DNA from: Octopus vulgaris
Lineage: Eukaryota
Length of the DNA stretch: 64,000 nucleotides
Reading direction: 5' to 3'
Assembly: GCA_951406725.2 (NCBI GenBank)
Contig: OX597814.1
Location: 23,312,001-23,376,000, forward strand
Part shown: in pieces, positions 12,973-25,630 of the stretch
How positions within the stretch are numbered: position 1 is the first letter of the stretch
Layout of the letters: each line of letters begins with the position of its first letter
Program-made: the position numbers and the translations under genes
The notes under the pieces: generated by a model
The model's database searches: none
What the model saw: the letters and a program-made list of their open reading frames with translations, nothing else
Told to the model about the DNA's origin: nothing

Positions 12973-14164
12973 TGTAATTTTCTTATTTCAGATATTGTAA
13001 TTGCAATGGCTGAAGTTTTGCTGCAAGATAAATAAGTGTTGATTGGCAATGCAGGAAGTATTCCGATTAAAGCAACACCAAAAATGGTAGGACGGAAATT
13101 TAGAGGAAATGGAAGGTACACATTTCATTGAGTTTTTGCAGTGTATTTGTTAGAAAATAGTTACATCCAGGTAGAGATTTTGGAAGGGGGAGAAACAGAT
13201 GAAAACAGGATGTATTAGTCTATGGTGATCAGAAATGGGGAAATTGGAAAAATATGTCACTGATTCAGAAATTGCCCTTGCTTCTAACTTTCTAGCATTT
13301 TCCATGCATACATTAACTAGTTTTCTTTTTCTGTCAAAGGAAATTTTACTGCTGAAAATTTCTATGGTTGCTAAAGAAATATTCAACTCCTTTTATATTG
13401 CATGCTTTTAGAATCGAATTCCTGGAATATTAGATATTCTTCTGTAGAGCATTTGCAGTGACCATTATCACAGAAAATGGCAATTTCTTTGGAATTCTGC
13501 ATAACAATTTTGTGCAGTTATTTGATTCTGATCTTAAGTTACATTATTATTAAAATGTCTCCTTCAACGGCATTAGTGCGATTGTTTGAAAATCAGAGTA
13601 ATACATCTGGTACAGTCACCATCGTTCAGAAATTACTTAAAAGAAAACCATCAGACATCACTGAACTTGCATCAGCATAGCTAATTCCTGAGTCATATAT
13701 TTGAATTACAGTATATTTTCCAATTCTGATAAATCTACTTTGGCAATCATTTCATATGAAAACAGCATATGAAAGTTTGGAGTTTTACATGTCTGGTAAG
13801 TAGGACTTGATTTGAAATCATTCATTGAAACTGACTGAAGTATTTATGTTATAAGAGAGTCATTTTAGTCATCTAAAAGTTGACAAAACTTGTATTTTTA
13901 TTTTATTTATGAGGTGTCAATATTTTTGTCACAATACTGTTACCCAGTTTCACTATCAGAATTGTGTTCGCAAAGTAATTTCAATACATGAAATGAACAT
14001 CTATAAATGTGATTTAAATACAACACATAAAATGTATTTCTATAAATGACAGCAACAGGTATGACTTTGTGGTTAAGAAGCTTGCTTCACGACCACAGAG
14101 TTGTGGTTTCATTTGGTCCTGTTGTGTGACAATTTGAGAAAATATTTCCAACATTCAGTAGTTT

Positions 14165-14495
14165 TGATACCTGTGCTGGTGGTATGTAAAAAGCACCATC
14201 CGAACTTGGCCGATGCCAGCGCCGCCTTGACTGGCTTCTGTGCTGGTGGCACATAAAAAACACCAACTGATCATGGCCACTGCCAGACTCCCCTGGCACC
14301 TGTGCCGGTGGCACGTAAAAAGCACCCACTATATTCATGGAGTGGTTGGTGTTAGGAAGGGCATCCAGCTGTAGAAACACAGCTAGATCAGACTGGAGCC
14401 TGGTGCAGCCTCCTAGCTTCCCAGATCCCAGTCGAATCGTCCAACCCATGCTAGCATGGAAAACAGACATTAAACGATGATGATGATGATGATGA
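14165..14495 (+). mobile_element. RTE 3'-UTR-derived repeat
   Basis: Same units and (GAT)n tail as 5975-6397. Confidence 0.85.
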
Positions 14496-14739
14496 GGGCC
14501 AACTAAAGCACAAGTAGTAATCCAAGTGAGATATTTTTCTGCATTCCAAACATGCATAAGCAGTGTTTAAGGAAGGGCCAACTTCTGGACCCTGGCACAA
14601 AACAATGGAAATTTGAAATCCAGTAATGTTCTGCATCTGGTGGAATTATAAGGGTATAATTCATTATGAGATTGTTCTGGATGCTTAAACCATCGATGCT
14701 AACCTGTATTCTGAACAGCTGGAGTGAGTATATGCCATT

Positions 14740-15235
14740 CATCATCATCATCATCATCATCATCATTTAACGTCCATTTTCCATGCTAGCATGGGCTGGA
14801 CAGTTCAACCGTGGTCTGGGAAGCCAGGAGGCTATGCCAGGCTTCAGTCTGATCTGGCAGTGTTTCTACAGCTGGATACCCTTCCTAATGCCAACCACTC
14901 TGTGAGTGTAGTGGGTGCTTTTTATGTGCCACCGGCACAGGTGCCAGAGGAGGCTGGCAAATGGCCACGATTGGTTGGTGCTTTTTACGTGTTACCGACA
15001 TGGGCACCAGTCAGGCAGCGCTGGCATCAGCAACGTTTGAATGGTGGTTTTTATGTGCCACCGGCATGGATATCTTAACTACAATTTCCATTTGATTTTT
15101 ATTTTGATGTTGGTCTTGAGGTACTTGACTAAGTAGGTCTCCTCAAGTACAGCGGGTCATTCTATGATCCAAGGTTAGCACAGCAGGCCATCCTGCAAGC
15201 CATGAACTCACTTCATTTGTCAGGTCACCCCAGCA
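14740..15235 (-). mobile_element. RTE 3'-UTR-derived repeat
   Basis: Reverse complement of the same family, with (ATC)n at the left end. Confidence 0.85.
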
Positions 15236-15622
15236 TTAGTTAACAGAAAGTGAACCCTTCTACAACAAGACAATGCGAGACATAGAGCTCACACAACCCG
15301 GAATAAACTCCAGGAACTTAGGGGAATCAAACTGATGCCAGCCACAACATGCAAATAGTCAGGACCTTGCTCTCCTGAATTGTTCTTGTTCTGATCCATG
15401 GCTCATTTTCCGTACTTGTAATGCTTCATCAAGCAAGAGGAGGTGAAAGCTTCAGTGAAGAGCACTTATTTACTTTATTTACATTATTTACATTTGACGG
15501 ATATTTGTCCTCATTTTGTTTGTTGTTAACATGTTTTCAGCCTTCATCAGGTGTCTTGGGAAATTTTCGAACCTGGGTTCTCATTCCTAAGGTATTTTTC
15601 AATGTTGTTGTTGTTGTTGTTA

Positions 15623-15668
<46 letters not shown>

Positions 15669-15669
15669 C

Positions 15670-15700
<31 letters not shown>

Positions 15701-15713
15701 TCACTATGCCATA

Positions 15714-15768
15714 TAGCGTAGTGGTTAAGAGCACGGGCTACTAACCACAAGATTTAGAGTTCGATTTC
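15714..15768 (+). promoter_or_regulatory. Internal RNA Pol III type 2 promoter (A and B boxes) of a tRNA-derived head
   Basis: TAGCGTAGTGG fits TRGCNNARYGG. GAGTTCGATTTC approximates GGTTCGANNCC. The spacing is tRNA-like. Confidence 0.7.
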
Positions 15769-15791
15769 AGGCAGTGACCTGAATAATAATG

Positions 15792-15825
<34 letters not shown>

Positions 15826-15895
15826 TAATAATAATAATAATAACAACATTGAAATATACCTTAGGAAGGAGCATCCAGGTTCGAAATTTCCCCAA

Positions 15896-15941
15896 GACAC
15901 CTGACGAAGGCTGGAGGGTATATCTGCCGAAACAGTGTGTT
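15896..15941 (+). ncRNA. Minimal hammerhead motif (helix III mutated)
   Basis: GACAC-CTGACGA-A-GGCTG-loop-CTGCC-GAAA-CAGT-GTGTT. Confidence 0.65.
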
Positions 15942-15988
15942 AACGACAAACAAGATGAGGGCAAATATCTGTCGAATGTAAATAATGA

Positions 15989-16371
15989 AGTGGCTGTGTG
16001 GTAAGTAGCTTGCTTACCAATCACATGGTTCCGGGTTCAGTCCCATTGCATGGCACCTTGGGCAAGTGTCTTCTACTGTAGCCTCAGGCTGATCAAAGCC
16101 TTGTGAGTGGATTTGGTAGATGGAAACTGAAAGAAGTCTGTCATATATATATGTGTGTGTATATGTATATGTTTGTGTGTCTGTGTTGTCCCCCCAACAT
16201 CACTTGACAACTGATGGTGGTGTGTTTACGTCCCTTTCACTTAGCAGTTCTGCAAGAGAGACGGATAGAATAAGTGCTAAACTTACAAAGAATAAGTCCT
16301 GGCGTTGATTTGCTCAACTAAAGGCAGTGCTTCAGCATGGCCACAGTCAAATGACTGAAACAAATAAAAGA
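15989..16371 (+). mobile_element. tRNA-derived SINE family A copy
   Basis: tggctgtgtggtaag A-box-like and gggttcagtccc B-box-like motifs, central (TA/TG)n, and cagtcaaatgactgaaac tail. Confidence 0.9.
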
Positions 16372-16889
16372 ATGTAAATAATGTACATAATTCCTCATCT
16401 CTTAAATATAGAACTGTACTTCAGTGAAGAGGTTCTTCGTCTCAAAGGTCAAGAACTGATATTGGTGTGGTATTAAAGAACTGGAAGAAAGGTGACTTCA
16501 GACAATACAACATGATGGGCTCTACTTTGAATGCCAGGCTGCTGTTGTTATAACATGACAAACAAGACAAACAAGTCACCAAAGTGTTGCAAAACTTTTG
16601 ACTCAACAAATTGTTTCCAAGAGTTACATGATTGTGGGTTTCTCTTGTTTTGCAAAGACAGGTTTAATACAAGCAATTGTCACTCTTTCCTTTAACAATG
16701 CTGCTTTTTTTTTACAGTATTTCTTTAACTTTGCTTATCCATACATTATTTAAGAAACCTCTTGTTTATATTCATTATTGTGTCATACTTGCTAGAAAAG
16801 GAATAGATTAACATAGGATACAAGCATAAATTTAAAGGTATATTGCAAAAAATATAAATGAAACAATATATATATATATATATATATAT

Positions 16890-17100
16890 GGTCATGTGGT
16901 GAGAATGGATGAGGATAGCTGTGTGAAAAAGTACCACACCCTAGCAGTTGAGGGAACCTGAGGAACAGGTAGACCCAGGAAGACCTGGGATGAAGTGGTG
17001 AAGCACGACCTTTGAACATTAGGCCTCACCAAGGCAATGACTAGTGACTGAGACTTTTGGAAATATGCTGTGCGTGAGAAGACCCGGGAAGACAAATGAG
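16890..17100 (+). pseudogene. RTE-clade LINE ORF C-terminus
   Basis: GHVVRMDEDSCVKK...GRPRKTWDEVVKHDL, with in-frame stops. Confidence 0.85.
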
Positions 17101-17114
17101 AACATAACCTTGCA

Positions 17115-18386
17115 TACGTGATCTGATCAATAAGTATCTGGACTGTTGCCATAATAATGAAGCTAAAGCATACAAAGTGGAGCCGTTTGATACAGATTGA
17201 CCTTGAACTCTGCTGTGCATGGGCACTAAGTTTCAACGTTCTAACTAATTTTTGCTGTTTACAATAGTGCTTGGAAGGAACGTGTGTAGCATGTGATCAT
17301 TGCATTAACCATGACAGAGAAAGTTGAGTTGAGAATCTGCATCAAATTTTGCCAAAAGCTTGGTGATACCTGCTTCGAGGCCTACATAAGATTGCAGAAA
17401 ATATATGGAGAGGAATGTATAAGCCACACACAAGTGTACAAGGGGTTCAGACGTTTCCAAGATGGCTGAAAAAATGTTGATAGTGATAAAAATTCTGGAA
17501 GACCCGCAACCAGCAGAATTGAAAAAAACATCACAGATGTGCATTCGGCTGTGAGGGAAAATCATTGAATAACCATCCGTGGGTTATCAGAGGATGTGCA
17601 GATTAGTTACGGTTCAGTTCAATCTTTTATCACTGAAGATTTGGGTATGAGACGTGTGTCTGCCAAGTTTGTGCCAAAACTGCTTTCAGCTGACCAAAAA
17701 GGCATTCAGGTTTCAGTAGCACAAGATCTCCTTGATTGAGTCGCGAATGATGGAAACTTTTTGAAAACGGTCCTAATGGGTGATGAATTGTTGGTCTATG
17801 GCTATGACCCCAAAGCAAAGCCTCAGTCTTCACAGGGGAAGACCACAACCTCTCCGAGACTGAAGAAAACACGAATGAGTTGAAACAATGTTTTCTTCAA
17901 CTACAAGGGGATAGTTCATCATGAGCATGCTCCACCTGGTTAGGCAGTAAACAAGGAGTACTACTGTGAAGTTTTGTGGGATGCTATTCATTGGAAAAGG
18001 TCACAATTGCATGAGTCTCGTGAGTGGCAATTGCACCATGACAACGCACCTGCCCATTCAGCAGCAGTCTTTGGCTAGGCACAACATTCTCCAGGTCTCA
18101 CCATTTACTCCAGTTCTTGCCCCTTGTGACTTTTTCCTCTTTCCAAAAATCAAATCCTGCTTGAAAGGAAGAAGATCTTAGAACATCAAGGAAATCAAAG
18201 TGAATGTGATGAGGCTGCTGCTGATTATCCCAGAAAATGAGTTCCAGGAATGCTTCCATCAATAGAAACTGCTGCATTAAGTGTATGGTTTCTGAAGGAC
18301 ACTATTTTGAAGGAAATTAAATGGCAAATTGGTATTTGTTATAGTTTTGTTTTTATAGTCTGGATAATTATTGATCAGGCCTCGTA
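17115..18386 (+). mobile_element. Full-length decayed mariner transposon
   Basis: TA-flanked TIRs (cgtgatctgatcaataagtatctggact / agtctggataattattgatcaggcctcg). Transposase remnants MTEKVELRICIKFCQKLG, GDELLVYGYDPKAK, HHDNAPA and LAPCDFFLFPKIK; stops and frameshifts. Confidence 0.92.
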
Positions 18387-18857
18387 TTTTGAGGTTTTGC
18401 AATATTTGGATTGATATCTGAGAAACATGATTTATCGAAAACTTCTAAAAAAGCTCACACACACACATATTATTTATTTATCGTTATTTCTATATTCATT
18501 TATATATGTATTGGCATTTATGTATACATATAGGTGTATATAAATATATCTTTTATTTCTCTATAGTCTGTATATACAATACTTTATGGAACATGATCAA
18601 AGTCATAATTTATTATGCACACAACATTTATTATATCATATACACAGTATTTACACAATATTTATTGTAAGATAAATGATTGATAAATATCTTAAATTAT
18701 GTGTGATATGTATATTGCTGATGTTTTGTTTTTTAGCTCAGTGAGGCAGCGATTGTACTGCATTTACCTGAGCTGTAGGTTCAAGTTGAGGTACATGCAC
18801 TTTTCTCTGATATGAAAATAAGTATGGAGTGTAATGTGTAAAGAGTTTTTAAAGTAA

Positions 18858-18900
<43 letters not shown>

Positions 18901-18902
<2 letters not shown>

Positions 18903-19799
18903 TCTTGTGACACTTGTGAAGACCTGTTGAGGCAAGTGAAAATCAAATCAAATCAAATCAAAACAAATCAAAATAGATGAACATCAATGGAATTTGTATC
19001 TTTGTGGTACCAGTGCCGGTGGCACACAAGAAAACCATCCGAACGTGGCCGTAGCCAGTACCGCATTGACTGGCCTCCTTGCTGTGGGCACGTAACAAAC
19101 ACCATTCGATCGTGGCCGTTTGCCAGCCTCATCTGGCACCTGTGTCGGTGGCACATAAAAACACCATCCGAAGACCCGGCAAGACTAGTCAGGCCATAAC
19201 CCGTGGCCCCTACCTGGGACGTAGTCAGTCCACCTGTGCATACCTTCCTTCTTGTGACACTTGTGAAGACCTGTTGAGGCAAGTGAAAATCAAAAAATCA
19301 AAACAAATCAAAATAGATGAACATCAATGGAATTTGTATCTTTGTGGTACCAGTGCCGGTGGCACACAAGAAAACCATCCGAACGTGGCCGTAGCCAGTA
19401 CCGCATCGACTGGCCTCTGTGCTGTGGGCACGTAACAAACACCATCCGATCGTGGCCGTTCGCCAGCCTCGTCTGGCACCTGTGTCGGTGGCACATAAAA
19501 AACACCATCCGATCGTGGCCGTTCGCCAGCCTCGTCTGGCACCTGTGTCGGTGGCACATAAAAAACACCATCCGAGCGTGGCCGTCTGCCAGCCTTGTCT
19601 GGCACCTGTGTCGGTGGCACATAAAATCACCCACTACACTCTCGGAGTGGTTGGCGTTAGGAAGGGCATCCAGCTGTAGAAACACTGCCAGATCTGACTG
19701 GCCTGGTGCAGCCTTCGGGCTCCCCAGACCCCAGTTGAACCGTCCAACCCATGCTAGCATGAAAAGTGGACGTTAAATGATGATGATGATGATGATGAT
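18901..19799 (+). mobile_element. RTE 3'-UTR repeat with an internal ~350-bp tandem duplication and ~63-bp subrepeats
   Basis: 18901-19170 is repeated at ~19248-19510. The subunit atccgatcgtggccgttcgccagcctcgtctggcacctgtgtcggtggcacataaaaaacacc occurs about three times. Confidence 0.9.
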
Positions 19800-19809
19800 A
19801 TATATATAT

Positions 19810-20228
19810 AGGTGCAGGAGTGGCTGTGTGGTAAGTAGCTTGCTAACCAACCACATGGTTCCGGGTTCAGTCCCACTGCGTGGCATCTTGGGCAAGTGTC
19901 TTCTGCTATAGCCCCGGGCCGACCAATGCCTTGTGAGTGGATTTGGTAGATGGAAACTGAAAGAAGCCTGTCGTATATATGTATATATATATAAGTGTGT
20001 GTGTATATGTTTGTGTGTCTGTGTTTGTCCCCCTAGCATTGCTTGACAACCGATGCTGGTGTATTTACGTCCACGTCACTTAGCGGTTCGGCAAAAGAGA
20101 CCGATAGAATAAGTACTGGGCTTACAAAGAATAAGTCCCGGGGTCGATTTGCTCTACTAAAGGTGGTGCTCCAGCATGGCCGCAGTCAAATGACTGAAAC
20201 AAGTAAAAGAGTAAAAGAGTAAAGAGAG
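19810..20228 (+). mobile_element. SINE family A copy (young)
   Basis: Nearly identical to 21079-21508 and 37522-37918; (gtaaaaga)n tail. Confidence 0.92.
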
Positions 20229-20322
20229 TATATATATCTAATATAGGATAGAATTTTTTCGAAAAAAATTCTATCAATGGCCAGTATATTAAAAAATACC
20301 TTTAAAGGTTAAATTTATAAAC

Positions 20323-20517
20323 AATTTATAAGTAAGGGCAAAAGAAAAAAAATTTAATGCCAAAATATGCCGAAAAAAAGACACAACGTCAATAACCATG
20401 TAATTTATCACTACAAGCACATGTTTCAAAGAAGGCAGAAATGGTTATTGACGTTGTGTCTTTTTTTTCGGGTTATTTTGGCATTAGAAATTTTTTCTTT
20501 TGTCCTTACTTATAAAT

Positions 20518-20518
<1 letters not shown>
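20323..20518. repeat. Inverted repeat, ~78-bp arms
   Basis: aatttataagtaagggcaaaag...caacgtcaataaccat versus atggttattgacgttg...cttttgtccttacttataaatt. Confidence 0.85.
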
Positions 20519-20578
<60 letters not shown>

Positions 20579-21078
20579 TTGTATGTGTGTGTGTGTGTGT
20601 GCATGCGTGCACACGTACATACAGATATACATTATGAATAATGTGAAGCAGGTTAGTGACTGATTATGTCAACATGCCACATTAGCATAGTTTGTTAATT
20701 CAAGAGTAGAGCTTCCCAACCTTTTTATTCATAGGGTATCCCTACATAGAAATTATTTTGTTTATTAATATTTCTCTTTGATGAAATGAGATGTCATATG
20801 TGATTAGACAAATTATAAAGGCATCTTTAAAAATTTTGGCTGTGCTAAATCCATTAGATGTCAAAATGAAGTTTTAAAATGCTCCATATTACTCAACATT
20901 CTATTTAAACCAAATTTCTTTACAACTCTCTATTAATAAGATATCTTTCCCATAGTGTCACATGGTTACTAACAGATGCAAGAACTTGTTTACACTCGTG
21001 GGTATGCAGTGCATGTACAATATAATTTACTATTTAGAATTAAACACAAAAATAACTAAAAAATAAATTACCTTATAT

Positions 21079-21244
21079 AGGTGCAGGAGTGGCTGTGTGG
21101 TAAGTAGCTTGCTTACCAACCCCATGGTTCCGGGTTCAGTCCCACTGCATGGCATCTTGGGCAAGTGTCTTCTGCTATAGCCCCGGGCCGACCAATGCCT
21201 TGTGAGTGGATTTGGTAGACGGAAACTGAAAGAAGCCTGTCGTA

Positions 21245-21291
<47 letters not shown>

Positions 21292-21508
21292 TTGTGTGTC
21301 TGTGTTTGTCCCCCTAGCATTGCTTGACAACCGATGCTGGTGTGTTTACGTCCTCGTCACCTAGCGGTTCGGCAAAAGAGACTGATAGAATAAGTACTGG
21401 GCTTCCAAAGAATAAGTCCTGGGGTCGATTTGCTCTACTAAAGCGGTGCTCCAGCATGGCCACAGTAAAATGACTGAAACAAGTAAAAGAGTAAAAGAGT
21501 AAAGAGAG
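21079..21508 (+). mobile_element. SINE family A copy (young)
   Basis: Near-identical to 19810-20228. Confidence 0.92.
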
Positions 21509-23609
21509 TTATGATTATATTTTTCATCATAATTTCCCTCCAAACCCTTAGCAACAACATGTTATGGAATCCTGATTATGAAAGAATATCCTAGAGATTT
21601 CAAAAATTAAATTTGTAGTTAATTCATTTTAGGAAAGTTTAAGACACGAATTTTTGGATGTCAATCATTCTATTAATTAGAGAATATGTGGTGGGGAGCT
21701 GGAAGAGTCATTACTGCAAAAGACATCTCGTTTTATGGCCTTTTTCCGGATTTTTACATACCGAGTTAAAATTCCACTGAGGTCAATTTTGACTTTTATC
21801 ATTTCTGAGTCTATATAATGAAATACCAATCAGATACTGAGGTTTATATAACCAACATGCCCCTTCCCTCAAAATTATTGGTCTTGTGACAGAATTAGAA
21901 AACTTAGATTATAACCCTGACACTGAGTTCTTATTCACTCTTTATATTTATACATTGATTGTATGTACAAAATATATCATAGAAAATTGTTTAATCTATA
22001 GTGGATACCTTTCTTAGTAATTAGGACACTGAGTCATTGTTTTCTGTGTTTAAGAATTGTTTTAGTGGCTAGAAACTTCCTTATTCCTGAGGGATAATTT
22101 GTAGTCAAGCACACTTTTTCTAATATCATAAAGATTATCAAATATTTACTTTTCAGGTACGTGGACTGAGGCAAAGAGAACAATGAACATTTACTGTGGA
22201 AGTAACTAGATGTTTTTTGTATGGTTTCAGTGCATAGCTTCATTGAGAAAGTACAACAATGATTTAATCGCATTCAATTTATATATTTTGTTGACATAGT
22301 TAGGTATAAGAAGATTCATAGGTAAAATGTTAGTTTTGTGAACTGAAGCAAAAATATGTTTAATTACAGCATGATTTTACACAGCATTATTTGTTCAATA
22401 TCTACAGTATCAGCATCAATAGAAAGAAAATATCAGCTTTCAATAGCACCGAGTTTATTCATTAATCTTGTTGACTTTCAATATAAAGAATTTCCCAATA
22501 TTTGCATTGTATCAAAATGTTAAAATGGAAAAAAGAAAACAAAGAAAAACAAAAACAAAGAAAAAGTTGTTCTTAAACTTCATGCCAAGACATTTTATAT
22601 TTGAATAAGAGATAGCAAGAATTGGTGAACTCTACTGAAAGATCAATGTTAATATTCATTGTTCGAAATTCAATACTCAATATTCTTGTTCGTCAGTAAT
22701 GTTGATATAAAGCAAAAATTGCACAAAGTCAATATGGCTGCAGAAAGGCTTTTATAAGTCAATATGCAATGGTAATGTTGGTCCAGTACTATGCGATTGT
22801 CACTCAAGTAATCAGTGTTTATATGTAAACATTAATCCCAGAATTAAGTAGGAAAGTAAGATTCAATATTAATTTTATTGCTTCTTAGTCATGCAAAAAT
22901 GGCAAGTTGTTAATCATAGCTAGAAGGATCTGCTGTGTGTAAGATAGAAATATTAATTTCCATTTAGAATTATTACTAGCAATCATTTATGAAGCTAAGG
23001 TTCTTTCTCTAATTAGATATAAATTTTCAATAATATTTTCCAAGTCCTTAGTAAAATGTCTTCTATAGCTACAACTGTCATTCAGAAAACAAAGTCTGTT
23101 GAAATGCCATTAAATATTCAGATTCACGTTTTCCTGATTTCTACTTGAAAGGTGAATTCCAAATAAGATTACAATTACAAAGGTTAAATAAGGTAACAGA
23201 ATAATAAATCTAACGATAATTGCTAAAATCAAGTATAGACTATAACAAGTACTAGAAGTAAACTAGATATCTTAAGGAATGTATATTATCATTGATATAC
23301 TCATCAATTTTATTCCTACGTCACAAGGGAGCCTTTAAGTGGTTATTTTACCTACTAGAAAAAGTAGTCAAATCTCCCTCGTAGTAGATCCTAACAGCTC
23401 GGTAAGGAAAAAAATAAAGAAAAAAAGGACAATTTGGATAGTGTAGTCCTAGGTGCATTATACCTGAGAACAACAGACGTGGAATGGCTGGAATGGCTTT
23501 GATCATAGATCTGCTCAATCTAATCTGACCTGAAACTAAGCAATGAAATTTTTATTCTGGCTTTGTTGTAAATTTAAAAGCATTTATGTAAAATGTGTTA
23601 CTTAGGTCT

Positions 23610-24850
23610 GTGGCATGGATTGGATGGTTAGACTAGTCTGGCATGCTGGAAGGCTGCACCAGGCCCCAGTCTGATTTGACATGGTTTTCTACTGCTGGAT
23701 ACCCTTCCTAATGCCAACCACTCTGAGAATGTAATGGGTGCTTTTACATGCCATTGACACGGGTGCTTTTTGCATGACACCAGTATCTGCCACAACTGTG
23801 ATTTTGCTTGGCTTGATGGGTCTTCTTCTCAAGCACAACATAATGCCAAAGGTCTTGGTCATTGCTTCCGTGAGGTCCAACATTCGAAGGTTGATTTTTT
23901 TATGTACCACCTGTACATGTGCATTTGGCTTGATGGATCCTCTTAAGCAGAGTACATCACCAAAGCTCTTGGTCACTAGTCATTGCTTCTATGAGGCTCA
24001 AAGTTTGAAGATCTGCTTCACCATCTCATCTCATGTCTTCCTGGGTCTACTTCTACCACAGGTTCCCTCCACAATTAGAGATCAGCACTTCTTTACCCAA
24101 CTGTCCTTGTCTAAATGCATCACATAACCATACCAGTGCAGTTGTCTCTCTTGCACACCACATCCAATTCCACTTATGCCTAACTGTTCATTCAAGATGC
24201 TTACTCTCTGTTAAACATGCACACTGACATTGCACATCCAGTGAAGCATACTGCTTCATTTCTCTCAAGCCTACACATGTTCTTGGCTTTTGTAGCTTAT
24301 GTTTCACTGCTATGCAACTTAGCTGTTCACAAACAGGCATCAAACAATCAGCCTTTCACTCTGTGAGAGAGGCCCTTTTTTTCCAGTAGGGGTAGGAGCT
24401 CTTTGAACTTTGCCCAACCGAAACTTATTCTTACAGCTACACTCACGGAACATCCACCTCCCTTATTAACCTGGTCACCTAGATACCGAAAGCTATCTAC
24501 TACCTCTAGCTTGTTCCCCCTGGCAGTTGATGGAGTCTGTTTTCTGCTCATGTTCAGCATTCATTATGCACGTGCGCCTTCCACATGCAAAAGTTAGTTT
24601 CTCTGTTAAACGTCTTTGAAGTTGCTGCACCTTTTATGTGTCCAAAGCTTACACTGGATACATCTTATGGAGTTTCTACCTAAACCTTTTCTAGAGATTG
24701 AGCAGGGCCATCTACCTGAGGGGATTTGTGATTTGTCTGCCTTTCTATTTACTATGACTTTGGTTTTTTCTAGGTTAACTCTAAGGCCCTTTGATTCTAG
24801 ACCTTGTTTCCAAACCTGAAACTTCTTCTCTAGATCAGGTAGTGATGTAT
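23610..24850 (-). mobile_element. 5'-truncated RTE-clade LINE (RT C-terminal part plus 3' UTR)
   Basis: WKQGLESKGLRVNLEKTKVI, Cys-rich insert WPCSISRKGLGRNSIRCIQCKLWTHKRCS, and LEVVDSFRYLGD...GWAKFKELLPLL, followed by the ggttggcattaggaaggg tail family. Confidence 0.9.
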
Positions 24851-25381
24851 CTATGTATCTAGGATATGTATGCATATTATTGGCCAGAAAGTTACCATCG
24901 TTATTTCAATAAGACACTATATGATGCAAAAATTATTTTAGAGAGAATTTATTTGTAGCAGAAAATGAAAATATCACTTATTTAGAAAATGATGAAATTT
25001 ATCAAAAGATATTTCATCTCATGACACACCAGAATTTTTTCACGAAATCCTAAATTCTGGGGTTTTTTTTTTCCACTACAAACCACTTTCAGAAACATCT
25101 GCCTATGTTACAGATTTCTTATTGAGTGTCTCCCTTCAATCACACTAATTGTTTTCTTTAACATTTTCTAGCCCTCAATACTTTACTAATTCGATTTATA
25201 CAATGATCAATAGTTTTCCTTCCATTTGTTTTTCAGTGTTTCTTTGTCTAAATCTGTTAGCCTGTTTCATTCGATTTTTGCAATACAAACGTAACAATAA
25301 CAATTATTGATACTTGTTTCTTGAGACCTTCATCTTCATGCCAAAATGTTTCAAATTAAAGTAATGAACAGAAAACTGTGA

Positions 25382-25630
25382 TACAGTTCTATATTTAAGA
25401 GATATGGAATTATGTACATTATTTATATTATTTACATTCGACAGAACAATAACAACAACAACAATAATAATAATAATAACCTCGAATAATACCTTAGGAA
25501 TGAGAACCCAGGTTTGAAATTTCCCCAAGACACCTGAAGAAGGCTGGAGGGTATATCAGCTGAAACGTTGTGTTAACAACAAACAAGATGAGGACAAATA
25601 TCTGTCAAATGTAAATAATGTAAATAATGT
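25382..25630 (+). mobile_element. 5'-truncated copy of the hammerhead/PLE-tail element, with inverted 5' piece and 12-bp TSD
   Basis: TSD AGAAAACTGTGA at 25370-25381 and 25631-25642. Inverted tail piece at ~25382-25445. The body matches 15780-15987. Confidence 0.85.
25529..25574 (+). ncRNA. Minimal type I hammerhead ribozyme (best preserved copy of its family)
   Basis: GACAC-CTGAAGA-A-GGCTG-GAGGGTATAT-CAGCT-GAA-ACGT-T-GTGTT: palindromic ACGU helix III, predicted GUU cleavage after 25569. Confidence 0.8.

Larger units (their letters stand above)
15463..16418 (+). mobile_element. tRNA-headed, hammerhead-bearing PLE-type element with inverted 5' copy and 13-bp TSD; family A SINE nested inside
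   Basis: TSD CTTCAGTGAAGAG at 15450-15462 and 16419-16431. Inverted partial copy at ~15470-15705. A box at 15714-15724, B box at ~15757-15768, HHR at 15896-15941. Confidence 0.8.

Noticed and set aside
12985-13680. Non-repetitive stretch with a tttcag acceptor-like site and several short ORFs
   Set aside because: In-frame stops occur in the frames examined and there is no recognisable domain. It may be a decayed element; BLASTX is needed.
15708-15772. Functional tRNA gene
   Set aside because: The acceptor and anticodon stems are incomplete and there is no poly-T terminator; it is embedded in a TSD-flanked element, so it is called a SINE head.
19440-19630. CRISPR-like or HDV/pistol/twister-like reading of the ~63-bp tandem units
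   Set aside because: There are no unique spacers and the context is eukaryotic. The CAG-CCTCGT-CTG hairpin resembles HDV P3, but no P1 partner follows.
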